NCBI GenBank assembly: GCA_965603825.1
Contig: CBFDEM010000009.1
Span: 62,001-126,000 of the forward strand
DNA: 64,000 nt
Reading direction: 5' to 3'
From: Blepharisma stoltei ATCC 30299
Lineage: Eukaryota > Protista > Ciliophora
Shown: in pieces, positions 35,796 to 48,600 of the stretch
Position numbering within the stretch: the stretch's first letter is position 1
Layout of the letters: every line of letters begins with the position of its first letter
Translations under genes and position numbers: made by a program
Notes under the pieces: model-generated
Databases searched by the model: none
What the model was told of the DNA's origin: nothing
What the model saw: the letters and a program-made list of their open reading frames with translations, nothing else

Positions 35796-37346
35796 ATGTC
35801 TAAAGATCCAGATGTCCTTGCAGCTGCTAACTTAGGAATTCACGTAAGAGGTACAGCAAAAGCTAAAGAACTTTCTGAAAGTCCTCAGCCACTACTAAAA
35901 CAGCCAGGTTCTTCAAGACTTACCCACGCTTTATTCTGTTCATCTATTTTAATCCTCAATTTTGATACAGGTATAGTTCCCGCTTCACTATTTAAAATTA
36001 CTCAAGAAATAGACATGACCTTTCAGCAACAAGCTGCTATAGGCTCTCTTGTCTTTTTAGGAATTTGTGTAGGCTCATTAGTAGTCACGTCTGTATTCCA
36101 GCAATTTTCTGCTCAAAAAATTTTGTCATGTGTAATGCTATTAAATGCAATATCAGCTGGGGTATTTTCAGTATCATCAAATTTGTATATTCTCTATATA
36201 ACAAGATTTATTATGGGATTCACTAAATCATTTTTTGTTATTTATGGACCTGTATGGGTTAATGAATTTAGTCCTCCAGAAAGCTGCACAAAATGGCTTG
36301 CTGCTTTGCAAGCTTCTTCTACATTAGGAATTATAATCGGCTACGTAATGGCTGGTGTGATTATCAACATTCTCTATGACTATGGTACATGGAGAACTGC
36401 TATTCAAATCCAAGTGGTATTTCTAATCCCCTTGCTCCTTTGGCTGAGAGCTACATATTACAAAAACATTGATATCATTGATACAACAGACTTCCGGAAA
36501 ACCACAACTTTAGTTTCTCCAGGCGACCGCCCTACAGGGGAAAGCAAATTTGTAAGAATGGATACTGTGAATATTAGTCATTTATCAAGCTATATGCAGC
36601 AGCTTAAAATGCTATTTTCAAACTCTTTGTTTATTTTTATTACACTTTCTTTATGCTCGCTTTGTTTTGTAGTTACAGGCATACAATACTGGATAACTTT
36701 ATATTTAATACAAGTGCTGAATTCAAATCCTGCAGAAGTCGTCTTATTGTTTTCAATTATTTGTACGACTGGGCCAATGTCTGGAGTTATGTTTGGAGGG
36801 TGGCTTTCAGATCATATGGGAGGCTATAAAGGTGAAAATTTAATAACGGCTGTCGAGCTCTGTGTGATTTTTTCACTATTCGCATCAGTGTTTTCTATTT
36901 CAATTGGGTTTGTAGGGACACTCAATTATGTTTGCCCTTTGTTATGGATTATGATGTTTTTTGGGGGCGCTTTATTTCCTACAGCGACAGGAATCAATAT
37001 AAATTCATTATCAAGAGAATACCAATCTTCAGCTAGCTCTTTTTCACAATTAGCCTTCAATTTAGGCTCATATTTCGCCCCAGTGATATCAGCGACTGTT
37101 ATGGATTACTATGAAGATCCTATTGAAGGGCTAAGATGGGGATTCAGGACTGTTCTTTTTGCAAGCACTTTAGGAGTCGTTTTCTTACTAGTGGCATGGA
37201 TTATTTGCAGTGCAAGGCATGGAAGGAAAGGAGAGTATAATGATTTCGATGAAGAAAAAGATGTGGTGGGTGAATTGAAAAATTACTCTAATAATGAGTA
37301 CAAAAATGAAATACTCTTAAGAAGACTTCACTCTTACAGCTTTTAA
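35796..37346 (+). CDS. MFS transporter (Spinster-like)
   Basis: About 12 hydrophobic segments; LNFDTGIVP, YGPVWVNEFSP, GGWLSDHMGG; first ATG at 35796. Confidence 0.88.
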   Translation: MSKDPDVLAAANLGIHVRGTAKAKELSESPQPLLKQPGSSRLTHALFCSSILILNFDTGIVPASLFKITQEIDMTFQQQAAIGSLVFLGICVGSLVVTSVFQQFSAQKILSCVMLLNAISAGVFSVSSNLYILYITRFIMGFTKSFFVIYGPVWVNEFSPPESCTKWLAALQASSTLGIIIGYVMAGVIINILYDYGTWRTAIQIQVVFLIPLLLWLRATYYKNIDIIDTTDFRKTTTLVSPGDRPTGESKFVRMDTVNISHLSSYMQQLKMLFSNSLFIFITLSLCSLCFVVTGIQYWITLYLIQVLNSNPAEVVLLFSIICTTGPMSGVMFGGWLSDHMGGYKGENLITAVELCVIFSLFASVFSISIGFVGTLNYVCPLLWIMMFFGGALFPTATGININSLSREYQSSASSFSQLAFNLGSYFAPVISATVMDYYEDPIEGLRWGFRTVLFASTLGVVFLLVAWIICSARHGRKGEYNDFDEEKDVVGELKNYSNNEYKNEILLRRLHSYSF

Positions 37347-37638
37347 TAATTTAATTCAAAAATAGTAAAGATCTTAAATTTAGATAATGATATAACGGTG
37401 ATATAAATCTCTTGCCCTACTTGAATTTAATCTGGAATTTAACAATAATTTTCTTTTAGCATTAAAATTAACAAAACTAAAGGATTATTGATAGAAGTAG
37501 CGCAATTATTAAAAAATTTAAAATAAAAATTGAAAGGAATTTGTTTTATTGTACCCTATTTGTCTGACCAAATGAGCTAAGAAAAGAAGCTATAGCATTT
37601 AGCAAAATACAAAATCTTAAAGAAATTTATAAGTCATG

Positions 37639-38439
37639 TTATACTTGTATTGCCATTTCTGCTTTTACAGCTTCATATGTCCCAAAAAACATCATACCTC
37701 CTACAGTAATATAAATTACCCTGATCTTCCAAGAGCTCCACAATGCTGGAAGACCTTCAGTTTTGTATATTAGCTTAATAGTTTGTAAGAAGGATCTATA
37801 TTTTCCTTCACCTTTATCTGTCTGTATCCTCACTTTCGCCACATCAATCGGAGTTGTTACAAAGGCTGAAAATCCCCCAGCAACTGCTCCATTAATCAAA
37901 TGCCTATACAAGCTTAGTTCGCTCCCGCCATAGTCAGAGCCCTTCAAGTACTCATAAATGATCATTTGCATCGCATCAAATGGGATTTCTCTATATATCA
38001 GTGATAATAATCCTACATAAAAGCCAGACGGTCCTTTTGTCTTAAGAATTCCTTGTGACGCACTCTGAACTGACTTATAAGCACCCACTTGCATCAAACT
38101 TTTCACGACTTCAAAAGGATTTCTAACACAAGCTGTACAAGCGCTTCCAAAGATTGCTGATAAGAAATGAAGCATTGTTGGAGAGCTTGGGCTTGCGTAG
38201 TTTTCCAAAATCCACTTCATGGAGCAATAACTAGCCCAGAAGGTAGCTGCACATGGAAATGACGCTGCCATTGCCATAGATAAGCCTTTGTAAATCTTTG
38301 AGAGTTCAAGCTTGGCTGTTGCATTTGCCATTAGGCGGGTTTTAATTGCATCTAATGGAAACAAGACTAAATCTACTGCACATCCTGCACACCCTCCTGC
38401 TATGAGAGATGTGAAAAAAGTGTTAAATAGGTCAGCCAT
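37639..38439 (-). CDS. Mitochondrial carrier, S-adenosylmethionine carrier-like (SLC25A26/Pet8)
   Basis: Three PxDxxK-type repeats (FPLDAIKTRL, NPFEVVK, TPIDVAKVRI); REIPFDAMQ. Confidence 0.9.
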   Translation of the reverse strand: MADLFNTFFTSLIAGGCAGCAVDLVLFPLDAIKTRLMANATAKLELSKIYKGLSMAMAASFPCAATFWASYCSMKWILENYASPSSPTMLHFLSAIFGSACTACVRNPFEVVKSLMQVGAYKSVQSASQGILKTKGPSGFYVGLLSLIYREIPFDAMQMIIYEYLKGSDYGGSELSLYRHLINGAVAGGFSAFVTTPIDVAKVRIQTDKGEGKYRSFLQTIKLIYKTEGLPALWSSWKIRVIYITVGGMMFFGTYEAVKAEMAIQV

Positions 38440-38669
38440 GTTTAATTGCTAATGGTTCTGATTATGAATTTAAATTTTCGGAGCAAGTTATATTTGTAAA
38501 ATTATAGGTGATAATGGCTTTTATTTAAATATATTATATTATTGAAATTTAGTCATCATAGAAAACAACTATTTATGATGTAAAATATGAAGGAGGCATA
38601 TAGAGTTAGCATCTATAACATAAGCATCCTCTGCAAATAATTCGCTGATATAAAATTATTTGACAACTA

Positions 38670-39530
38670 TTAAAAGAATTTTTCAAAATTAATATAATCT
38701 TCTTCATTCGGTAATGGAACTGTTGGAAAAAATTGCCCATCTTCTTTTCCTTTGTGTTGTATAGGAATAGGCCAAAATAGAGGATTTTTTCCAAAAATTT
38801 CTAATCAATTAACTGCTGGACCTAAATGATGCTGATTTGCAGCTGCATCTATCTCACTGTAGCAAAATGGATATATGAATGGCTTTCCCTTTATATATTC
38901 TATAGTTGTTAAGTTGATTAATGCCATTAATATATGCGTTGAAAACAGCGCCGTAGCTAAAAATGTTGTTATATACACAATTGCTGTTTCTAAATACACT
39001 AAAATCTTCAATGCAATTCACAGATTAAATTTATCAGGCGCCACTATATATTCATAAGATAAATAATCATAAGTATAGGTCCCTAACGAAAGATATCCTA
39101 CAAATAATAGAAAAGTTTTGTAGTTATAGTACCCTACACACGTATTTGTCCACACACAATGATGATCCATCTTAGCAATACAAGTCCCACACGCTGAACA
39201 ATGGTGAGCCCGGTCTGGCTTTGTAATTTTGCATTTCTCACAATGGCCTCCTGAGAAGCCTATCTAAATATAATTCACCATAGCATTTTTTATTTTAGTT
39301 TGCCCTGATGCACAAGTTGTAAAGTACGCCCAAGTCCACAAAAAGAACAAAAAACAATAAAAGTAGCTAAAAAACTCTGCATAAAAAGCTGGGTATGATT
39401 CAGGTTTTTCTCTAGGTTCTTGAAGAAATACAAACAGCACAATAGGAACTGAAGAAAAGGTAGTAATAATTGTAAAGAGCTGAAAGAAAAAGTAGCTTTG
39501 TGGTTTTTCCTCAGTGTCGATTATATCCAT
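38670..39530 (-). CDS. DHHC palmitoyltransferase, one intron
   Basis: After the intron: [37 protein letters not shown]; TTIE motif; TGA at 38805 gives NWLEIFG; TAA at 38670-38672. Confidence 0.92.
39264..39278 (-). other. 15-nt spliceosomal intron GTGAATTATATTTAG
   Basis: GT..AG, A at position 10, removes the in-frame TAG just before the DHHC domain. Confidence 0.88.
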
Positions 39531-39659
39531 TTTTGCAATTTAAATCGATAATAAGTAAACATTATTCAAAATTAAGGCAAGCATAATAAATATTTGTGGG
39601 CAGTCTTATTTTTATTAATTTTCAATTTCATCTGTTAAACAATCTGTATAACAATTAAT

Positions 39660-42488
39660 ATGGAAGAGCCTACATCTCCATCTCAAGAAGATCCTGATCA
39701 AAACTCAGGCCATATCACAATAGAAGACCCATCAAAATCTGCAAACCCTAATGACCACCCTCATGGCTTTTCCGCTGAAAACATTTCTTCCAAAAAACCA
39801 AAAATTGAAATCCCTACACCTCAAGAAACCGAAAACTTAGAAGAAGAAAAGAGCCCAAACTACGAAATCAAATTTTCCAATGATAAAGGCGAAGGAGGGG
39901 AAGGCCACGACTCATTTATTTCAGACCATGAAGGCCGAAAAGCAAGCTTAGGCAGCTCAATAAACCTTGATGACCTTCGAGAAAAAGATTTAATTTCAAC
40001 AGAAGAAATGGAAAGAGCTATTATTGAGCGCTGCAAAGAAGAACACTGCTTATATGAAGACGAAGATTTCCCTGCAGCTCCTACTTCTCTATATAATGAT
40101 CCTGACAATATTCCAGAATATGATCGTGGGATGGGCTGCGAAACTTGGGTAAGACCAAAAGATATAGCTGACAACCCTGTGCTTTTTGCGAATGGAATTT
40201 CTCCAGGAGATATACAACAAGGATCTCTTGGTGACTGCTGGTTTATGGGCTCGCTGTGCTGTCTAGCGATTTATCCTAAGTTACTAGAAAGGCTCTTTGT
40301 TAACACTGAATTCATGCTGGAATATGGTTTCGTCACTTGCCAGTTCTTTAAAAATGGCGAATGAAAGCAAGTGATTATTGATACAAGAATCCCTTACAAC
40401 TCCAATTATGGAGCACCTATTTATGCACACTGCAAAGACCCCAACGAAATGTGGCTCCCGCTAATAGAAAAAGCTTATGCAAAACTGCATAGGACATACG
40501 AAAATTTAAACGGCGGCAAAATGGCTGAAGCCTTGGTAGACTTAACAGGCGAAGCCAGCGAAAAATTCAACCTAAAAGACCCAGACACAGCTTCACTGCT
40601 TGAGGGTGATGAATTTTGAAATAGTTTGTTAAGGTATTTTAAACAAGGATGCTTGCTTGGCTGCAGCAACTCACTGAAAGAAAAAGAAGGAGAAAACGGA
40701 GAAGAAATGGGAAATGATGGAATTTGGAGCAACCACGCTTATGGAATTATGGACGTTAGAGATATCCCCAAGCCTCAGCCATTGAAACTGATAAGAATCA
40801 GAAATCCATGGGGTGAAGGAGAATGGAAAGGAACCTTTGCTGACGAAGATGAAGAATGGGATAAACATAGAGGACTTAAAGACGAGCTTAATTATGAGTT
40901 TGGAAAAGATGGAACTTGGTGGATGGCTTATGATGACTGGAAAAAACATTTTAATAGGCTCTATGTATGCAGGATGTTCCCAGAAAAATGGCAGAAATAT
41001 TCAATTGATGGGAAATGGGAAGGAAAAACAGCTGGAGGACCGCCTCCAATACAAATTGATAGAGATGAAGAACTAGCCCAGCATATAAAAATGGATAGTG
41101 ATGATAAATGGTTTAACAACCCACAGTATAGGGTTACTGTAAAGAAAAAAACTCATGTGTTTATATCATTAATGCAAGCTGACCAAAAGCTGTCAGAAAA
41201 ACCTTATCTGCCTTGCAATTTCCTGGTAATCAAAACCATTGATAAGAAAAACCGAATCTGGGAAAAAGACCAAGACGACGTAGTCGCTTCAGCTGCAGAA
41301 GGACTTCAAAGGTTCGCTCAAAGAGAAATCACAAAAGATCTTGTATTAGAGCCTCCTGAAGGTAAAAAAGAAGCCCACTATATAATAGTTCCATATTTAG
41401 AAATTGATGGAAAAAAACTTGAAGCTGAGACCTCCAAAAAATCCAAAGGGAGAATGTTTTGGCTAAGACTTTTTTCAAGCCAATCAATAGAAGTTCTAGA
41501 GTTACCAGAAACTTATGAAATCATTGAGAAAGGAGAATGGGCTGAAAAAACTGCTGGAGGAAGACGAACGCTTAGAAATGGACGTGATAATCCATTATGG
41601 TGCATAAATCCTCAATATTTTTTAAAAGTCGAAACGACAACCCTATTAAAAATTATTTTAAGAAAAACTGGGAAATTCAGACAAGCTAAAGGATTTACTG
41701 TAGGGATGGTCTTATGCCATGCACCTGTAAGGGCAAATACCAAAAAAAATCTAAACATGGGGACGAGAGGAAAAACACAAGTACAAGTCGCTGATAGAGA
41801 TATACCGGAATATGAAAGAGAAAGGAAGCTGCAGATACTTGGAAATGAATGGTTTATTGAGAGCCATTATCAGTATGATGATTTTTCTTGCATTTATGAA
41901 AAGCTTGAGCCACATCATGGGCCATATTTAATTGTTCCTTCGCTTAGCCAAGAAAATATTCAAGCTTTATACTCTTTGACAATTTACAGCAACTATCCAG
42001 TGACAATTGAAAGGCTGCAGGACTCAAAAAATGTAGTCCTTTCAGGAGAATGGAAAAAAGGAAACTCAGGAGGATGCCATTTGTATGAGAGACCTTATGC
42101 TAACCAATTGGAAAATCTTACCTGGGGAAATAATCCTAAATATTTACTCAAATTCTCAGGGAATAACCCAATTAGTGCTAAAATCACATTAAGCCGCCCA
42201 GAACGCTTATGGAGCAGCAAAATTGCAAGAAAATCAGTCGGCTGTATGATGGCTCTATATTTATTTGATGGGATCATGACAAAACCTCAGCAAGAAAGAT
42301 GACTGAGAAAGCCTGAGTTTATGCCACTGAATGAAATAGTAGAAATTTTAGATGAGCCAAACCCTAGTCCAAGTGGATACATGCTGATGCCTACAACTTA
42401 TGAGAGCGGCATGAATGGACCATTTGTATTATCAGTTTCTTCAGAAAATGATTTTACTCTGACTGAGATCGTCGAGCAAGTTCAATAA
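39660..42488 (+). CDS. Calpain-family cysteine protease with three domain-III repeats
   Basis: Catalytic triad QGSLGDCW / NHAY / RNPWG; TGA=Trp at 40362 (GEWKQVIID), 40617 and 42300; TAA at 42486-42488. Confidence 0.93.
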
Positions 42489-42529
42489 TCTAAAAAATTA
42501 TGATAAAATGGCTAATTCTTTTTATAATT

Positions 42530-43906
42530 ATGAGTAAATTAGACGAACTCAATGTTATCAGAACTATTGGCCGAGGGGTTGGCACAAAAGTTAAACTTGT
42601 TGAAGATCCCAAAACGGGGGTTTTCTATGCTGCAAAAATTGTTAAATCCAGAGATGATTCTTTATTGAACTATCTTAGAGAAGCTTTATTGAGAGAGACT
42701 GACAGTCTTTCTCGAATAAATCATCCAAATGTAGTTTCAATAGTTAATTGAAATGGACAAGGAGTTTATGTGAAAAAAGAAGACCGAGGGTTTTATGAAT
42801 GCATGTATATACTCATGGAATTATGCCCTAATGGTGAGCTGTTTGATATTATTAGCAGAACTGGAAAATTAAGCGAAAACGTCGCAAGAGGCTTATTCCA
42901 TCAGTTAATCAATGGCTTAGAGGCTTGCCATAACTCACAGATCGTCCACAACGACTTAAAGTGTGAAAATATTTTATTTGACCGAGATTTTAATATAAAA
43001 ATTTCTGATTTTGGGTCATGTGCAATATTAAGAGACAGAGACGGACAAGTAAAAACCAAAGGAAAAAACGAAATGTATATGGCACCAGAAATGCATATGC
43101 TGCAGCCTTGCAACGGAGAATTATCAGACTTTTTTGCAGCTGGTGTTATTTTATTCATCATGGCCACCAAAGACCCTCCTTTTCAAAGAGCTATATTAAA
43201 TGATCCATATTATAAGCATCTAGCAAGCCACGAAATAAGGTTTTGGAAACTTCACAGAAAAGCTGACTTATCAAATGAGTTTAAAAATTTTATTGAGTCC
43301 TTATTAGCGTATGACTCATCTCAAAGGCTAAATTTAGCCTCAATAAAATCCCATCCATGATATAATGGTCCAGTAGCAAATCCTAACGAAATATCTTCAG
43401 AATTAGAATTAAGAAGACAACAAGCTGTAATTGCTGCAGAACGAGCAAAGCAACAAAGAATTTCTGCAGGGGAAAATGCAGGGATCATATACAATCGTGG
43501 AAGATTTTTCAGAGGAGATGTGAGCGAAGCAGAAGAATTATCACTATCATTTTCGTATCCAGCTGATCTTCTAAATACGCATAAAGTCTGTGAAAAGTTC
43601 AATGTGGTAAATAAATATTCGCAGTTTCTCACAGGATTGCTGCCACACGAGGTTATGACTATTCTTTCTCATACCCTTGCTACTTATGATTCTGAATGTG
43701 AGGCATCGACAGATAGCTACAAAGTCAAAGTTTCGATCGTAACTGAAGGGGACACCTTAAATTTCAAAGTCTCGATTTTAGAAAGCGAAAATGATTTATA
43801 TTTGGTGCTTTTTAAGCTTGAATCAGGAAATCACTTTGATTTTATGCCAATTTTTAATGCAATTGTCGAAAAAGTTAATTCAATAAATGATAAACCAATT
43901 GAGTAA
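42530..43906 (+). CDS. CAMK-group-like Ser/Thr kinase with KA1-like C-terminal region
   Basis: AAKIV, HNDLKCEN, DFG, YMAPE; TGA at 42749 and 43358 (SHPW); start taken as ATG 42530 (an in-frame ATG also exists at 42500). Confidence 0.88.
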
Positions 43907-44004
43907 ATTAGTTTAAGATTTTTGCATTCTAAAGTTTTAATCGCTATTACAGAGCCAGATTAGTTACCTCATTCAAAAAGATATTTTAAGAAATTACATA
44001 ATAA

Positions 44005-45591
44005 ATGTCAAATAAAAGTTTTAGTGAAGAGGCTAATTCAATCAACCGTTCTCATAAAAATCCTTTTAAGTTATGCAAAAATCTAGGCTGTAGTAAATTG
44101 CCACTTGAGCAAGAGTAAAATTCAATTAGACTTTGCTCCATGCACCTTATATTGGAGTTTATCTCAAAAATTCGTTCTGGTTTTAAGAAGAAATACATAA
44201 GTCTATCAAACTCAAATATGATTTTAAAATCAAAATTTTCAAAAATCCTATCACCAAAAAAGTTTAGGGAATTTTTGGCTTCAATAAAGATCAGCTACTC
44301 AGTAACCGAGCTTAGAGAATTCATCAAAGTTTATGGGTTTTTGCATGAAGATGGAGAATATAAAATTTCCATTGAAGTTTTAGAGAAAATTCTTTCACGA
44401 ACAGCTCACAAAAAGCAATCAGCAAGATCATCTGAAAGAGGTGTCAAGAAATCAAATAGAAAACATAGAGGGATTAAGCCAAGCAACAAAAGTTTTATTA
44501 TTTCCAGGTCTTTTAGCACTGAAGAATCAAGCAAACTTTTAGATAAAACTAATGACGAAGAGCCTGAATACTTAAGAGATATGATAGGTACGACTGATAA
44601 TGCCACAAATTTTATGCAAAAGTTACTCGGAATTTTCCCAAATTTATATACAGCAGCCGAGTATTTTTATTATCAGAGGGCTGAGTTATTGTTTGATGAG
44701 TTTGAAGAATCCTCTCGAGCTCTTGGTTTAGGCTCAGAATTTTTAGAATTTGATTTAATTTTCCATGAACTCAGAGATGGGGAAGGAATTAGCAAAGATA
44801 AATTCATCAATGTGCTGGAAGAATCGCAGCATATTGATGAGTATGATAATTTTTGTTATGAAGAGTTATCGAATAATTTAGAAAGCAATCATATCTGCCC
44901 ACCCATTTTTGAAAGAAGTTTAAGAATTTCCCCGGTAAAATTTATATCCACTTTAAATAGGAAATCTTTAAACACTTCAATTAGAGAAAAAGAGCATCTG
45001 AAGAGAAAATATTCTGACCAAAATTCATTTAAAACAAAAGAAACAAAAGCTTTAAAAATCATTGAAGCGAATTATTGTGCTATAAAATCATGCGACTCTT
45101 TTGCACATAAAAATTCTTGTTATTGTTCGAAACATTTAGATAAATTAATAACGAAAGCAAGACTTTTTATTTCTAGGATAAAATCTCATTTGCCAAGTCC
45201 AAGATCAGAAGAAATGGTTAACGCTTTTATAAAGGATTTGAAAAAGGATACAAATATCAAAAACCTGAAAAACGAAATCGAATGCCGGGCGCCTGGGCAG
45301 CTTTTCACAGATCATGATATTGCTGCACTGCAAGAATTTCTAAAACTTCCTACTCCAAAGCAGCAATTTAAAGTAAAAAACACAGATTTTAATGAATGTT
45401 TGAAAGAACTGAGTAGACCTAACAGGAAATTTTCCCCCTCACAAGGCTTTTCGCCACTTTTAGGCTCCTTTCGAATTGGGTACTCAGAAATACGCAAGAA
45501 TGGTAATACACCTCATTTAACTCCTAAGAAAAGTTCATCTGGAAATTCATTAAGTAGATCCCCTGTAAGAAGAATTATTAGACTGAGATAA
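44005..45591 (+). CDS. Protein with two C-x4-C-x9/10-C-x2-H motifs and degenerate EF-hand-like regions, one intron
   Basis: ATG at 44005; removing intron 44115-44129 joins it to ORF 44140-45591. Confidence 0.78.
44115..44129 (+). other. 15-nt spliceosomal intron GTAAAATTCAATTAG
   Basis: GT..AG, A at position 10, removes an in-frame TAA and restores CKNLGC..CSMH. Confidence 0.85.
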
Positions 45592-45647
45592 TTTTCGATA
45601 AATATTTGTTTTTTAATAAAACTTGAAGCTAGCTTAACAATTAATAA

Positions 45648-48600
45648 ATGTCAAGTCATCAGCCGTTAGGAGCCAACAGGAAAAAAGAGCCTAAAACCCC
45701 ACCGTCATTTTATATGGAAGAAAACTATATGGACGAAGCTGAAGAGCGGGCGATAATGAAACCTGCTGCAAAAACATCGCAAAATAGGCCTCAAAGCGCT
45801 AAACCAAATAATGCAAAAATTTCAAAAAGCCCTAATAAGCCTATAAAAAGACCTTCCTCAGCTAAAAAACAGCCGCCAAAGGCAAGAACTCCTGTCAAGC
45901 CGAATCATGATGCTGATATTGTGGTTCCAGCTAAGCAAAAGCTTGGACGAACTTCAATGGACAAGGAAAAAATATATGAAGAAAACATAGCCTTAAAGCT
46001 ACAGCTAAATATGTCTAATGAAGAACTGATTAAATACAAAACAAAAATTTCTCAATTAGAAAAAGAAATAAAACAAAAAAGAGAGTATTTTGCTGAAGAA
46101 CTTAAAAATGCTGACAAATACACTCCAAACAACCTTAAATATGCTAACCTTGTCTCTAATTTAAGACAATCAGTAAAAGACCATAAGAAGGAGCTCGCCA
46201 AAAAAGACAATGAAATTTCATCTCTCAAGAAAAGTATAAAAAACACCAAAGGCTCTGAATTGGAAATTGAAATCCAAGCGTATATTGATGAATGCACAAG
46301 ATTAAGACATCATCTAGAAGAGCTAATAAGAGAAAGAGAACTCCCTCAGGGTACTTCTGATGACCATCATGCAATTGTAAAGAACTTGAAAAAGGAAAAC
46401 AAAGATTTGAATTTATTGATGGGACAAATCAAAACTGAAGCATTACATTGAAAGGAAAGAGCAGAAAAGCTAGAAAAACTTAAGAAAAAGAGCATTAGCA
46501 GCAAGGATGATCCTGAAGCCCTTCTCGCTGAAATTAGTCATTTAAAATCGCAGCTTGAAAATTCAGGACAGGCCTCGTCAAAGAAAGATGGGGAGCTTAA
46601 AAAATCTTTAGAGCAATTACAAAAGGAACTTAATGATGCCAAAAATAAACTAGTTAATGCTGAAAAAACCATTAAAGAGCAAAATAAAACTATTGAGAAA
46701 TTTCAAGGGGAACAAAAAAAGAACCAAGGTTTGCCACTTTCAAATAATCTACTGGACAACCCAAATAAGCTTCTGGCTACACTCAACCGAATTATAAAAA
46801 AAAAGAGAATTGATATTGATACATTATTATCCCAGCTTGATAGGAATAAAAAAGGATCACTTGAGCTTGATGAAATTGTAAAAGGCTGCAAAGTAAATGG
46901 AGAAGAAATAAGTGGCACTCATGTAAAAGAAGCGATTTTGGAATTTACAGGCATACCTATTGCTAGCATTTCTTTGCATCAATTAAGAATCCAGTATGAA
47001 AGATATAACTACAGAGGTGAGGACGATCCTATTTCTAGTGAAGATGAAGTAAATTTCATTGAAGAAGTAAAAATAACTAAAGAGGCTTTTGCTTTGCCTT
47101 CGAAAGAAGTTAAGCAAGCTTCTTCTCCACCAATAAAAGAAGCTAAGCAGGCTCCGACTCCTCCACCTAAAGATCTAGCTAAGCCAAAACAAGAAATTTC
47201 TCCGTTAAAAACGGCTGACAAAAAGTCATCTGAAAACCAAATTTCAACAGTCAAATTGGATCAAGTCACCAACATATTAAGGCATATTTCATTTCGAATG
47301 CAACTTCACCGTTTACCAAAGGACAAGCTTTCTTCAGCTTTATTTGATGAAAAGCAAAAAAATGATAAGCCTATCACATACCAAGAACTAGCTTTAATAT
47401 TTAGCAAAAAACCATTTGGCATTGAAGAGAAATCTGAAGCCATTTTATTAGCAAAGTTTTTAGTCGAGCCTGAAGGCACAGAGAATATCACTGAAAGTCA
47501 ATATAAACAGCTAAAAAGCACTCCAAAACAGATTGCTGCTAAATTTTCAAAAGTGTTAGAAGACTGGGAACTATTTTCATTAGAAGATGAAGAAGAATTT
47601 GATAAAGAAATTGCTATTCTTATAGGAAGCACCTATGATCATTTATATGAGTCGTGCAAAAAATACGACAAAAATCGAAGCGGGGTAATAAACAGCAGTG
47701 AGTTTAATAGTGCACTTAAGGAGCTTGGCATTGATATCCCTACAGGAGTTTACAATTATATGCAGCTACTATTTTATTCTCATAATAATCAGTTAGATTC
47801 AGTTCCATACGAGCAATTTTTAAATGCTTATATAGATCAAGGCGAAGAAGGTGAACACTCAGACTACTCTGAAGAAGAACAGGCTAAAATTGTTAGACAT
47901 TATCTTACAATGATAGCACAAAATTTAAGCAAAATGAAGAAAACGACTAGATCTGTGTTTCGACCAGATAAAAAAGGCAGAATTGTGCCAGATCAGTTTG
48001 TTTCTGCTTTAAAAGAATTGGGAATGGGCAACATTGAGAAAGAGCATCTAATTTTAATGATCGAAGCCCTACAGTTTGATGAGGATACTGAAGATGTGCA
48101 CATTAACATCGACGAATTAGAAGAAATTTTAAGCCATTATGGAGTCAAAATTGAAAAAATCTCGAATTTGCCTGACTCAAAACTTGGAGAACTACTTGAA
48201 AACCCATCAGGTCGCCAACCAAAGCAGCTTTCATTGCTAGATGAATTCGAAGAAAAAAAGCAAGAACCGAAAAGAGACCCGACGCCTCCTACTAAAGAAG
48301 TAAAAGAGCCTGAAAAAGTGGCTTCAACGAATCCTAAGCAAGAACCCTCACCTCAAAAAGCAGCTGAAAAAAAGCCATCTGAAGCCCAAATTTCGATTGT
48401 AAAATTAAGTCAAGTTTCCAACACGTTAAAGCATATTTCATTTCGAATGCAACTTAATCGTCTGCCAAAAGAAAAACTTTCTTCTGCATTATTTGATGAT
48501 AAACAGAAGAATGATAAACCTATCACTTATCAAGAATTAGCTTTACTATTTAAAAAAGAGCCTTTCAGCATAGAAGAGAAATCAGAATCTATTTTGCTAG

